From contig JBMOLN010000007.1 of NCBI GenBank assembly GCA_049325475.1, forward strand, positions 95,489 through 159,488: 64,000 bases of DNA, in the 5' to 3' direction. This document shows positions 27,898 through 36,197 of this stretch, in pieces. The number at the start of each line of letters is the position of its first letter. The stretch's first letter is position 1. The stretch comes from Patescibacteria group bacterium. GTDB taxonomy: Bacteria > Patescibacteriota > Patescibacteriia > 2-12-FULL-60-25. The position numbers and the translations under genes were made by a program. A model generated the notes under the pieces. The model had not been told where the DNA came from, made no database searches, and saw nothing but the letters and a program-made list of their open reading frames with translations.

Positions 27898-28983
27898 TCA
27901 TGCAAAGGAGGACGTGCTCCGTGCTAAAAAATAGATACAATATACCAAATACAAAATACCTGTAGTGAAGTAAATAAAAAGATTCGCCCACCAAATATCT
28001 TTGATCGATAGCTGACCGCGGCTTCCCCCAACTTTGGGAATGCAAATCCTGCTCCCGTCTTGCGCAAAACAATCACCTCCAAGCTCGATATCCCGCGCTC
28101 CGGCAAATGTCACAATCGGAATCCCGCCATTTGGCGATGGTCCTTTTTGCGCGTCTCTCCTCCAAGCTTTTATCGCCAAAAACGGATGTTGTTTGGTGAA
28201 AAATGCTGCAGCGGCTATGAGCGCTCCGGTAATCCGTGCCGGTATCCAATTCACAACATCATCGGCCTTGGCCGAAAACCAACCGAAATCACGATACTTT
28301 TCATTTTTATAACCCACCATTGAATCCAAAGTATTTATCGCTTTATAGGTTAGCGCCAACGGCCCTCCGCCGATCATGGCAAAAAATAACGGCGCAATAA
28401 TTCCATCTGACAAATTTTCTGTCAATGTCTCAATCGTTCCGCGGATTATTCCTTGTTCATCTTCACGTGAGCAATCGCGGCTGACGACTGTCTGCAAACG
28501 ATTTCTGGCCGCTTGCAAATCTCCACGGCGCAGCAGACCTACAATCACCCGCCCTTCTGCTGTCAGCGACCTTATAGCTAAGGCATAAAATATCATAATT
28601 ACATTTACCGCCACGCCAAGTCTCCAATCAATAATTATGCTAATGATATAAATCGCACTTGTAATAATCAGTGTCACATCAACAACAACCAACCATAAAA
28701 TAATCCCTGCGGCTTTCAGCTTACGAGCCGTATCTGTGTATCGTGTATCGTGTATCTTGTATCTTGTATCCTGCATCGTCTGACGTTCAGCTGAAGGTTC
28801 GACGTTTCGCGTTTCACGTTTCGCGATTTGCACTTCCTTCTGTCCTTCAACCTTTGTCCTTAATCCTTTTTCAATAAATGAAATAAACGCCCCCATCCAC
28901 CTAACCGGATGCGGAAGCCATTTTGGATCGCCCAGAATCAAATCCAAAGCAATTGCCAGCAATATTAAGTAAATATCTGCCAT
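27898..28983 (-). CDS. cbiB: adenosylcobinamide-phosphate synthase (CbiB/CobD family) with in-frame repeat insertion
   Basis: ILGDPKWLPHPVRWMG N-terminal signature and polytopic layout. About 40 extra residues after the first conserved loop are encoded by a heptad stutter array. Confidence 0.8.
   Translation of the reverse strand: MADIYLILLAIALDLILGDPKWLPHPVRWMGAFISFIEKGLRTKVEGQKEVQIAKRETRNVEPSAERQTMQDTRYKIHDTRYTDTARKLKAAGIILWLVVVDVTLIITSAIYIISIIIDWRLGVAVNVIMIFYALAIRSLTAEGRVIVGLLRRGDLQAARNRLQTVVSRDCSREDEQGIIRGTIETLTENLSDGIIAPLFFAMIGGGPLALTYKAINTLDSMVGYKNEKYRDFGWFSAKADDVVNWIPARITGALIAAAAFFTKQHPFLAIKAWRRDAQKGPSPNGGIPIVTFAGARDIELGGDCFAQDGSRICIPKVGGSRGQLSIKDIWWANLFIYFTTGILYLVYCIYFLARSTSSFA
28730..28828. 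repeat. phased heptanucleotide stutter array inside the cbiB coding sequence (14 units)
   Basis: GTATCTG TGTATCG TGTATCG TGTATCT TGTATCT TGTATCC TGCATCG TCTGACG TTCAGCT GAAGGTT CGACGTT TCGCGTT TCACGTT TCGCGAT. Translated in frame on the minus strand, including DTRYKIH/DTRYTDT. Confidence 0.85.
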
Positions 28984-29040
28984 GCATTGACATTAGCCTA
29001 AAATCATGCCAGAATGCAAGACACCAACAAAGGAGATCGG

Positions 29041-29778
29041 ATGCATCATGTAAAGCGCAAACCCGACTTTACTATGCTAAGTTTTGCCAAACCGATTTCC
29101 TGCTTAAGCTGGGCGCCCCTTGGCGGCGGCAGACGCAACGGAATTCGTTTTGTGGTCAATCGCACCTTGCCAAAAAATGATCTGCGGCCCTTGCCGGTTC
29201 TTCAAGCCGACACCGAACAATTCATCGCCGAACGCGGCATGAGGTTGCCCGAAACCGTGGCCATGCTCACCACCGCCTCACAAAAGTTTCTCGGCTGTTC
29301 CATTGCTCGCAACAACAAAGGCTTGCTCATGGTCGCACTTTGCACCGTGGGCTTGGGCAATGCCGTAGCTCCCGGAGATCACGCAGCCTATGATGAAGAA
29401 CGCGGGCAAACCCCGTCCTCATCCGGCACCATCAATATCATTTTGACCTTAAACCGCAACTTGACCGAAAACGCCGCACTCGAGCTCATGCATACCATGG
29501 CCATGGCCAAAGCTTCAATCATGGTCGAACTCGGTCTTGTAAACCGGCACGGTCAACTAAAGCTGGCCACGGGCACGGATTGCCAGGTCCTCTGCTGGGA
29601 CCAAGATCATGAAATCACTTTGGCATACGCCGGCATGCACACCCGGCTCGCCGAACTGGCCGCCGGGGCAGTCCGCAAAGCCATGCTCGAATCCATGGCC
29701 AAGCGCCTCGGCGCTGAATATTCCAACGATTCCGAGCTGCTCCGGCTGGCTCGCTCTCGCTTTACCGCTACCCGTTAG
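29041..29778 (+). CDS. adenosylcobinamide amidohydrolase-like protein (CbiZ-like)
   Basis: Divergent from cbiB. LSWAPLGGG resembles the CbiZ N-terminal motif. The assignment rests partly on context. Confidence 0.5.
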   Translation: MHHVKRKPDFTMLSFAKPISCLSWAPLGGGRRNGIRFVVNRTLPKNDLRPLPVLQADTEQFIAERGMRLPETVAMLTTASQKFLGCSIARNNKGLLMVALCTVGLGNAVAPGDHAAYDEERGQTPSSSGTINIILTLNRNLTENAALELMHTMAMAKASIMVELGLVNRHGQLKLATGTDCQVLCWDQDHEITLAYAGMHTRLAELAAGAVRKAMLESMAKRLGAEYSNDSELLRLARSRFTATR

Positions 29779-29873
29779 CGGTTCTTTTATAACTTGATTA
29801 ACCGGATTAGCAAGATTTATCAGGATTGTTATTCAATAGTCGTCAGTCATTAGTCCTAGTCCTAGTGACCAGG

Positions 29874-29911
29874 CCGTAAAGGCCCCCGTGGGGCCCACGG
29901 CCCCTTTACGG
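29874..29911. repeat. G+C-rich imperfect palindrome
   Basis: CCGTAAAGG...CCGTG-gggcc-CACGG...CCTTTACGG nested hairpin embedded in A+T-rich stutter sequence. Confidence 0.6.
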
Positions 29912-29922
29912 GGTAATCGGAT

Positions 29923-30006
29923 GCTAGTCGCTAGATACTAGATGCTAGTAGCTAAATTCCAAATACCAAATACAAATATTGAATTGCTAATTGCTAATTG
30001 CTAATT
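29923..30006. repeat. phased heptanucleotide stutter array (12 units)
   Basis: GCTAGTC GCTAGAT ACTAGAT GCTAGTA GCTAAAT TCCAAAT ACCAAAT ACAAATA TTGAATT GCTAATT GCTAATT GCTAATT. Confidence 0.9.
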
Positions 30007-30021
30007 TATAATGTATATAGT

Positions 30022-31593
30022 ATGAAAAGTTTCGCACTTTGTTTAATGATCGCCGGCGGTCTTTTTATTTTTGCCAACAATGCTCAAGCTGCAGCCGATG
30101 CTTGCAACAATCCCTACATGTCGCTTAAGCAAGGTGACGAAATCCATTATCAAAGCGATGATACAAACCGCAGTTTTCAAATCCTTGTAGGTGATTCCGA
30201 AAAAGGAAAAACTACAATAAATTATCAATTCCCCAATTCATCACTAACCCAAAACATTTCTTGCCAGGATAAAACTGTTTTAGCCGGCAACTTTGTCGAC
30301 ACTTCCGCAAAAGACCTGGCTTTAACTGCTCAAGAAGTAACCGGTTCATTTCTCCCGGGTGATGTCCAACTCGGTTCCAGCTGGAGTACCAACTACAAAG
30401 CTTCTCAAAATATTGATAACAAAGAAGTCCTTTATACTATTCAAATTGATCACTGCGCCATAGCCGAATCCAGAATCAAGGTCCCGGCCGGCACTTATGA
30501 TACTTTAAAAATCCGCCTCACCGGCACAATCTCTTCAGATAATCCGGATGCGCCCACCCAAACCATCCGCCAAGATCTTTACTTTGCCAAAGGCATTGGC
30601 CTCATCAAAATCGTAGATAAAAGCAACAACCAAAACATCGAAACCGTAGCAACATATATCAACGTGGGTGACTGGAAGGAAACCGCCGCCAACATTGCCG
30701 CGCCAACCGCTGTTGGATTAGCCGCAGCCAACACAGCCATCGCCACACAAGGAATTCTCTCCGTAGACCTCGGCCGCTATCTTTGGTTTTTCATCACTGA
30801 ACCGCTTTTATTCTTCAGACGCCGCAAGCGCCGCGCTTGGGGCACGGTCTATAATGCTCTAACCCGCATTCCCGAAGATCTGGTTATTGTCCGTGTCAAA
30901 AATAAAAGCGGTAAATCGGTTTACACTCAAGTCACAGACAAAGAAGGTCGATATTCATTTTTAGTCCCCGAAGGCGAATACAAACTCGAAGCCAAAAAGA
31001 CCGGCTTCAGTTTTCCCACAAATCTGGCTAAAACTAAAAAACAAGATGCGCAATTCTTGGATATTTACCACGGAGAAACCATTAAAGTCGGTAAAAACGG
31101 AAAAGTCATTACCAGCAACATCCCTATTGATCCGGTTAAAAAAGATGATAAAGATAATGAAATTATTAAAAAAGATTATTGGCATACAACTCAAGAATGG
31201 ACTGCCTTAGCCGGCCCGGTCGTCGGCATTGTGGCTTTTATTCTCAATCCATCTTTAATGATTGGTATCGCACTCGTCATCGGACTGTTTATTTATCTTT
31301 TCTTCCGCCGCTTCGCCATGAGCCTCACCCCCAAACAATGGGGCACTGTCCGCGATGACATTGCCAAAATCCCCGGTTCCGTAGTCAGAGTTTTTATTAT
31401 GCCGTACAACAAACTCGCCGAATACGTTGTCACGGATTCCAAAGGCCGCTTTCATCTGCGTGTCGGCCAATGCGAGTATTACTTAACCGCTACCAAAGCC
31501 GGCTACAAACCCCTTAAGACTAAAAACTTCAACATCTCCAAAGCCAAAGAACCAAAAGTGATTACAGAAAGCTTGAAGCTGGAGAAGGTGTAA
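30022..31593 (+). CDS. membrane protein with two carboxypeptidase-regulatory-like domains
   Basis: Signal peptide MKSFALCLMIAGGLFIFANNAQA. Two VTD(K/S)(E/K)GR(Y/F)..(V/L)..GEY.L.A.K.G(F/Y) modules separated by TM helices. Confidence 0.7.
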   Translation: MKSFALCLMIAGGLFIFANNAQAAADACNNPYMSLKQGDEIHYQSDDTNRSFQILVGDSEKGKTTINYQFPNSSLTQNISCQDKTVLAGNFVDTSAKDLALTAQEVTGSFLPGDVQLGSSWSTNYKASQNIDNKEVLYTIQIDHCAIAESRIKVPAGTYDTLKIRLTGTISSDNPDAPTQTIRQDLYFAKGIGLIKIVDKSNNQNIETVATYINVGDWKETAANIAAPTAVGLAAANTAIATQGILSVDLGRYLWFFITEPLLFFRRRKRRAWGTVYNALTRIPEDLVIVRVKNKSGKSVYTQVTDKEGRYSFLVPEGEYKLEAKKTGFSFPTNLAKTKKQDAQFLDIYHGETIKVGKNGKVITSNIPIDPVKKDDKDNEIIKKDYWHTTQEWTALAGPVVGIVAFILNPSLMIGIALVIGLFIYLFFRRFAMSLTPKQWGTVRDDIAKIPGSVVRVFIMPYNKLAEYVVTDSKGRFHLRVGQCEYYLTATKAGYKPLKTKNFNISKAKEPKVITESLKLEKV

Positions 31594-31638
31594 CTCTTCC
31601 CGGCAGTTTCCCTCTCCCTGTCTCGCTGGCACTCGTCG

Positions 31639-31668
31639 ACCCTCCCCCGTATGCAAGGGAGGGTTTTT
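31639..31668 (+). terminator. intrinsic terminator
   Basis: ACCCTCCC-10 nt-GGGAGGGT followed by TTTTT. Confidence 0.7.
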
Positions 31669-31749
31669 AATTACTATTTGTTACTTTCCCCTTTCCCTCG
31701 CACGCGGGGGAGAGGTCCCTGAGTTTATCGAAGGGGGAGAGAGGGAACT

Positions 31750-31777
31750 AAAAACCTCCCGACTGCACATCGAGAGG
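31750..31777 (-). terminator. intrinsic terminator
   Basis: Minus strand CCTCTCGA-tgtgcag-TCGGGAGG followed by TTTTT. Confidence 0.6.
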
Positions 31778-31783
31778 CAAGAA

Positions 31784-32593
31784 CTACCCTTCATGAGAAA
31801 AAACCGCATTGGCGGAATCAACAACCTTATCCACGTCTTCGTGGATTTTATAGCGCGAGAGAACGCTTAACGCGCCAAAGAAAAGCGCACCGGTAAACAT
31901 AATAAACACCGGCAATGTATCCTTGAACCAGCCCGACTCATAAGGCATACAAACCACCAGACCCAATGCCTGCAACAAAGCTTTGATCTTGCCTGCCGCC
32001 GAGGCTTTTGATGGCCGCATCATGGCCATGATGGATTTACGCGTACGCGTCACTTTTCGTGCCGCCCGTTTATCCAGCCAAGGTTTGATCTTGGGTTCCA
32101 CTCTGCGCTTAAACCAAAGCACTACTGCTTTGCGCATGAGCGTACCGAATACATCTATCAAAATAATCCCAAAAGCCAGCCAAGGACTGATAATTCCGCG
32201 CGCCGCGAAAATAGCAATGAGAGGCAAAAGCGTCAGCTTATCAATCAACGGATCCAGCCACTCACCTATACGCATGTCTTTTGCGGTTCTGGTAATGGCG
32301 TGCATCACATATGCCTTTGCCATTTTACCGTCAGTTCTGTCCAGTGCTGTGGCAAAAACCACAATAACGAATCCCCAAAAATAACTTACATAAAAATGCA
32401 CGGCCACACCCGCCCAAAACACAGGCAAGCGAATCGCCGAGAGGACATTGGGCGAAAGCGGTGTATTGCGCCCGGCCCAGGCTAATGCACGGTAAGGAAT
32501 CGCCAACACCAGCACTGTGACGATCAAGCCGCTTGCTAAACAAATAAATGCTTTCAGCTCCCAAGGGAGAGATGATTGAAGGATTTCGTCCAT
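31784..32593 (-). CDS. CDP-alcohol phosphatidyltransferase-family protein (atypical motif spacing)
   Basis: DRTDGKMAK...GEWLDPLIDK fits D-x2-DG-x2-A(R/K)...G-x3-D-x3-D, but with about 16 rather than 8 residues before the Gly. Confidence 0.65.
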   Translation of the reverse strand: MDEILQSSLPWELKAFICLASGLIVTVLVLAIPYRALAWAGRNTPLSPNVLSAIRLPVFWAGVAVHFYVSYFWGFVIVVFATALDRTDGKMAKAYVMHAITRTAKDMRIGEWLDPLIDKLTLLPLIAIFAARGIISPWLAFGIILIDVFGTLMRKAVVLWFKRRVEPKIKPWLDKRAARKVTRTRKSIMAMMRPSKASAAGKIKALLQALGLVVCMPYESGWFKDTLPVFIMFTGALFFGALSVLSRYKIHEDVDKVVDSANAVFSHEG

Positions 32594-32725
32594 TTCCCCC
32601 TCCTTTTTTCTCTTTAGGGTTAAAGAACCGCAATTATTTAAGCAAAAAACAAAAGTAAAAGCAAGGTCACAACCCCATCACAAACCCTTGACAAAAAGAC
32701 TTATTTAGACTATTTTCGACTTGCC

Positions 32726-33523
32726 TTGGCCTACGGCCGGGTAGAAAGGAAGGGTACATACATGCGTATGTACAGCAATTTCGGAGAAAGCCAGTTGATC
32801 ATTGACCCAGTCGAACAAGATTTGCGGCAACATCTTCAGCCGCACGTGGTAGAGAGAATTCTTTACCACCTGGACACGGAGACTGGATCCTTGGAAAACG
32901 ATTTCGAGGTCCAAACAATTTTCGTTGCCAGCGTGCAATGGACGCCGTTCTCCTTGCACGTCATCTATCGCACCAAACGGCGCGATCCCAAAACCGGCGA
33001 AATCAAAGATGGTATGCAATTCATGCTCATGCGTCCTTTCCACGAAATGATGCGTGCCCTGCTCGTAACCGCAGACGGCTACGTCGTCATGCAGCGCGAG
33101 TACCGCCGTACCCTCGGCCAATGGATTGATATGCACTGCGCCGGCGGAACAAAAAAGAATGAAAAGCTGGATACGCTGATTTCGGAAATGATTTCCGAAA
33201 CCGGCTGCCGGCCTTCCAAGCAGTCAACCATCTGGCTGTTACGCCGCTCGGTAACGGACGACGGTTCGCTCTCCGATCCGTTAAACTACCTAGCACTCGA
33301 CATGGTGCGTCCGCCAAATGACGGTATTCACGACAACGTCGAAGACAACATCAAGGGAGTGATGTTCATTCCCTTCGAGGAATGGCGCGAAAAAGCTCTG
33401 GACGGTGAATATGACGATCCGTTTAGTGAAAACTTCGCGGCGCGTTGCAGTTTGGATCCACAAACCAAGCGTCTCATTGTTCGCGGTAAACGCGCCGAAA
33501 TCCTCCGCAGCCCCAAAGGATAA
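32726..33523 (+). CDS. hypothetical protein, degenerate Nudix-like box
   Basis: 265-aa ORF preferred over the shorter antisense 32705-33136. GGTKKNEKLDTLISEMISETG loosely resembles a Nudix box. Confidence 0.45.
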   Translation: MAYGRVERKGTYMRMYSNFGESQLIIDPVEQDLRQHLQPHVVERILYHLDTETGSLENDFEVQTIFVASVQWTPFSLHVIYRTKRRDPKTGEIKDGMQFMLMRPFHEMMRALLVTADGYVVMQREYRRTLGQWIDMHCAGGTKKNEKLDTLISEMISETGCRPSKQSTIWLLRRSVTDDGSLSDPLNYLALDMVRPPNDGIHDNVEDNIKGVMFIPFEEWREKALDGEYDDPFSENFAARCSLDPQTKRLIVRGKRAEILRSPKG

Positions 33524-33580
33524 TTTCTTGCCCTGCATCCATGGGGCTTTTTAATTAAAAAACCGCAGAGTCATCTGCGA

Positions 33581-34213
33581 TTATAAAAGATTCAAATGTG
33601 CTAACTTTGCGGACAGATCGTCATCTCTATTTGCATCCTCCAAATTATAGTGATGAGCAACCAGCCCGTATTCACCTGCAGCCTGTACATAACGAGCCAC
33701 ATCATCAACAAAAAAACATTCATCCGGTTTGCATCCCGCCAAACTCACAGCCTCTTTGTACATCCGCCGATTCGGTTTGCGTACTCCAAACATAAAACTT
33801 GCAGCCGCGCCAGCAAAACTCAAACCTGACAGCTTGATGATCCATTCCAGACGGATTGGATCCGTATCCGAAAGCGCATACAAACGCAATTTGTGATTTC
33901 GTTCCAAGGCCCGGCTCCAAAGACGAATCACCGGCTCATTTCTGGTAAAAATATCAGCCCAAATCTCTGCAAAATTTGTCTTCGGCAAATCCGAGCCAAA
34001 TCGCTTTCCCATAAAAATCCTGAATTCATCAAACTTCATGGCACCCGTCTCGAGCTCATAAAGAGCTTTTTTAGCTTGTTCATCAAGATTTAACAACCGA
34101 TCGATTTCGTCTGCATGCATAGATACCAATTCCCGGCTCAAACGATCCGCCGCTCGATAACGGTTGAATGGAGTCAAAACATTTCCCAAATCAGTTAAAA
34201 TTACTTGAATCAT
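33581..34213 (-). CDS. HAD-superfamily phosphatase
   Basis: ILTDLGNVL (DxG variant of motif I) and FVDDVARYVQAAGEYG motifs. Confidence 0.75.
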   Translation of the reverse strand: MIQVILTDLGNVLTPFNRYRAADRLSRELVSMHADEIDRLLNLDEQAKKALYELETGAMKFDEFRIFMGKRFGSDLPKTNFAEIWADIFTRNEPVIRLWSRALERNHKLRLYALSDTDPIRLEWIIKLSGLSFAGAAASFMFGVRKPNRRMYKEAVSLAGCKPDECFFVDDVARYVQAAGEYGLVAHHYNLEDANRDDDLSAKLAHLNLL

Positions 34214-34313
34214 GTAAGCCTCCTTTCAAAGGACCTAAAAAAATATTACAAAATTTCTCCTCTTTGTCAATGCTATTGTTGGACAATAAAAAAATCCCTC
34301 GTTTCCGAGAGAA

Positions 34314-34730
34314 TTAGTCGAACAACAACCCAGGAACCAAACCATAAACCTCTTCCCAACTTTCCGCCCAATGCATGTCCGGCAGGTTCAAAACCAATGC
34401 CCGCATGTACTCGCGCGAAGCAACGCCCGGCTCAACATGTACGATGGTTTGTTTAGCCTCAATAAACGCAAAAGCGGCTAAAAATCCCAACTCGATACGC
34501 GCAGTAGGACCTGCCGTATCAGCATCATGATGCCAAATCACCAATGCGGCTTTATCCATCATCTCAATATCTTGGGCCAACAGCAGCTCCATCTGTTCCG
34601 CGGTCTTCGCCTGTTCCCAACGCGGATCCGTATTATCCAAAACTTCACATACCTCAAGATGTTTCTTGGCTTCCTCACGCCACTTGGTCGCCATTGTGCC
34701 TAAAAGCGCTACCGACTTTTTCTGATTCAT
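34314..34730 (-). CDS. nucleoside 2-deoxyribosyltransferase-like protein
   Basis: Rossmann-like VALLGT start and DKAALVIWHHDADTAGPTARIELGFLAAF, resembling the D.GT..E.G.A signature of the NDT/CMP-hydrolase family (by eye). Confidence 0.45.
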   Translation of the reverse strand: MNQKKSVALLGTMATKWREEAKKHLEVCEVLDNTDPRWEQAKTAEQMELLLAQDIEMMDKAALVIWHHDADTAGPTARIELGFLAAFAFIEAKQTIVHVEPGVASREYMRALVLNLPDMHWAESWEEVYGLVPGLLFD

Positions 34731-34739
34731 TGCACTGAC

Positions 34740-35120
34740 TCACTCATCAATTGACTTAAAACAACCCATTAGCAAAATAGTCCCTTTGCCATGCCCGTAA
34801 TCACAACCTATTTTTACATCACTAACGATGTGTTGGCATTGTTTGCAGATCAACACTCCCCGAACAAGCGCTCCCTCTCCGGCCCTTCCGTTGCATGGCG
34901 GTAAAAGCTCATGCTTGATTCCGCCCGGATGGTCATAGCAGAAGTAATGGTAGTTGCCATGTTCGGCAAATGCGCCGTGCCTGCGAATCCCGCAACGCTT
35001 GCAGCGGTAAAAATGTTTATGCGATTTTGTGCCGTTTCCTTTAACCGGACACTCGCGCTCGTCCTCGCTCCAATCATGCGTGCCGTTCGTATCATCAAAC
35101 AACGGACGGAAGGTTTTCAT
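34740..35120 (-). CDS. Cys/His-rich hypothetical protein (possible HNH-like beta-beta-alpha-metal finger)
   Basis: CKRCG...YDHPGG...LICKQCQH has the CxxC...DH...CxxCxH spacing of HNH-type fingers. Weak, by eye. Confidence 0.5.
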   Translation of the reverse strand: MKTFRPLFDDTNGTHDWSEDERECPVKGNGTKSHKHFYRCKRCGIRRHGAFAEHGNYHYFCYDHPGGIKHELLPPCNGRAGEGALVRGVLICKQCQHIVSDVKIGCDYGHGKGTILLMGCFKSIDE

Positions 35121-35132
35121 GGTTTACGCTCC

Positions 35133-35507
35133 TTACAGTTCCAAGTTGCTATGATCGCGCCGTCCCCAATACCACACCACATTTCCATTAATGGCATCAT
35201 GAGTAATGTAAATATTACTCTTCTGAACCGCATCGCGATGCATAATAAAAAGAATCAACTTCTTGACCTGTTCTGTAGTCAAATTCGCCCGGTAAAACAA
35301 AACCAGCTGATTACCTCTTCGCTCATGAGCTAATAATTTTTGAGAGACATTAAGATCTTGGGCTTCCGGCCAGCGCAAAAACCAAACCGTAAACTCATTC
35401 GGTCCTGTAGAAGAAATGTAAAATTCATATTGTTTAATGAATAATTCGTAGCACGCAAATTGGACAACCTGCTGCAAGGTCAAACCTTCTTTGCAGTACA
35501 ATTGCAT
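35133..35507 (-). CDS. hypothetical protein
   Basis: 124-136 aa ORF, 12 nt upstream of the Cys/His-rich gene. No recognisable motif. Confidence 0.5.
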   Translation of the reverse strand: MQLYCKEGLTLQQVVQFACYELFIKQYEFYISSTGPNEFTVWFLRWPEAQDLNVSQKLLAHERRGNQLVLFYRANLTTEQVKKLILFIMHRDAVQKSNIYITHDAINGNVVWYWGRRDHSNLEL

Positions 35508-35650
35508 TGCTTTTCTCCTTTTAGACAATCCTGAAGTTTTCAAAGATCATAGAACAGCCTGCACAAAGATTTGCATAAATAATTGCTTTGGTCAAGGATA
35601 AAAAAGAAGAGCTCCCGGAGCTCCTTGATTCAAGCTGATCAATTTCCAAA

Positions 35651-36193
35651 CTATCTTTTTTCATTCTTCTGCTCCATGAGCTTTACATAACCGGTTTCTA
35701 TTATCTGATCTTTCGGGCATCCGAGTTTAACCAGCAATTCTTCCAATTTTTCTAGATATTTAGCTTTATTCTTCTCCTCACTCTCAGGCACTTCTACAGC
35801 CACCTCAACAAAATCGCCCAGCTCGCGAATCTGATCAAAATTAATTTCTATTCCCTGAAACATAAAAGCGTCTCTAACCTTATCAATTTCCACCACATAC
35901 ACATATCCGCTGTTTGTCAGAATATCCTCCAATAAATCCGGATCACTTAAAGGCAAGTCAATATCATGCCACGAAACATCTTTACCCTTTGACTTGGTCT
36001 TAAAAGATAGAATTGCCTTGTCTTTTTTACGGCGAATCCGCAAAACCAAAACTCTGTCAATATCAGCTGCGTGCTTTAAATACGTATCAATCTGGCGTTC
36101 GCCCATGGAAACCGTTTCTACATCCGGCAAAGAATTGACGCCTTCCAAAAAAGCATCTTTATCTGTAACTCTGGCACGAATTTCTATTTCCAT
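35651..36193 (-). CDS. CYTH-domain protein (class IV adenylate cyclase / triphosphate tunnel metalloenzyme family)
   Basis: Starts MEIEIRARV (ExExK/R signature). 180-aa size and acidic strand pattern typical of CyaB/CYTH. Confidence 0.8.
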   Translation of the reverse strand: MEIEIRARVTDKDAFLEGVNSLPDVETVSMGERQIDTYLKHAADIDRVLVLRIRRKKDKAILSFKTKSKGKDVSWHDIDLPLSDPDLLEDILTNSGYVYVVEIDKVRDAFMFQGIEINFDQIRELGDFVEVAVEVPESEEKNKAKYLEKLEELLVKLGCPKDQIIETGYVKLMEQKNEKR

Positions 36194-36197
36194 ATTA

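Noticed and set aside
32705-33136. 143-aa minus-strand ORF overlapping the 265-aa plus-strand ORF
   Set aside because: It is shorter, His/Gly-rich and odd in composition, and lies fully inside the longer plus-strand ORF, which ends near a convergent gene.
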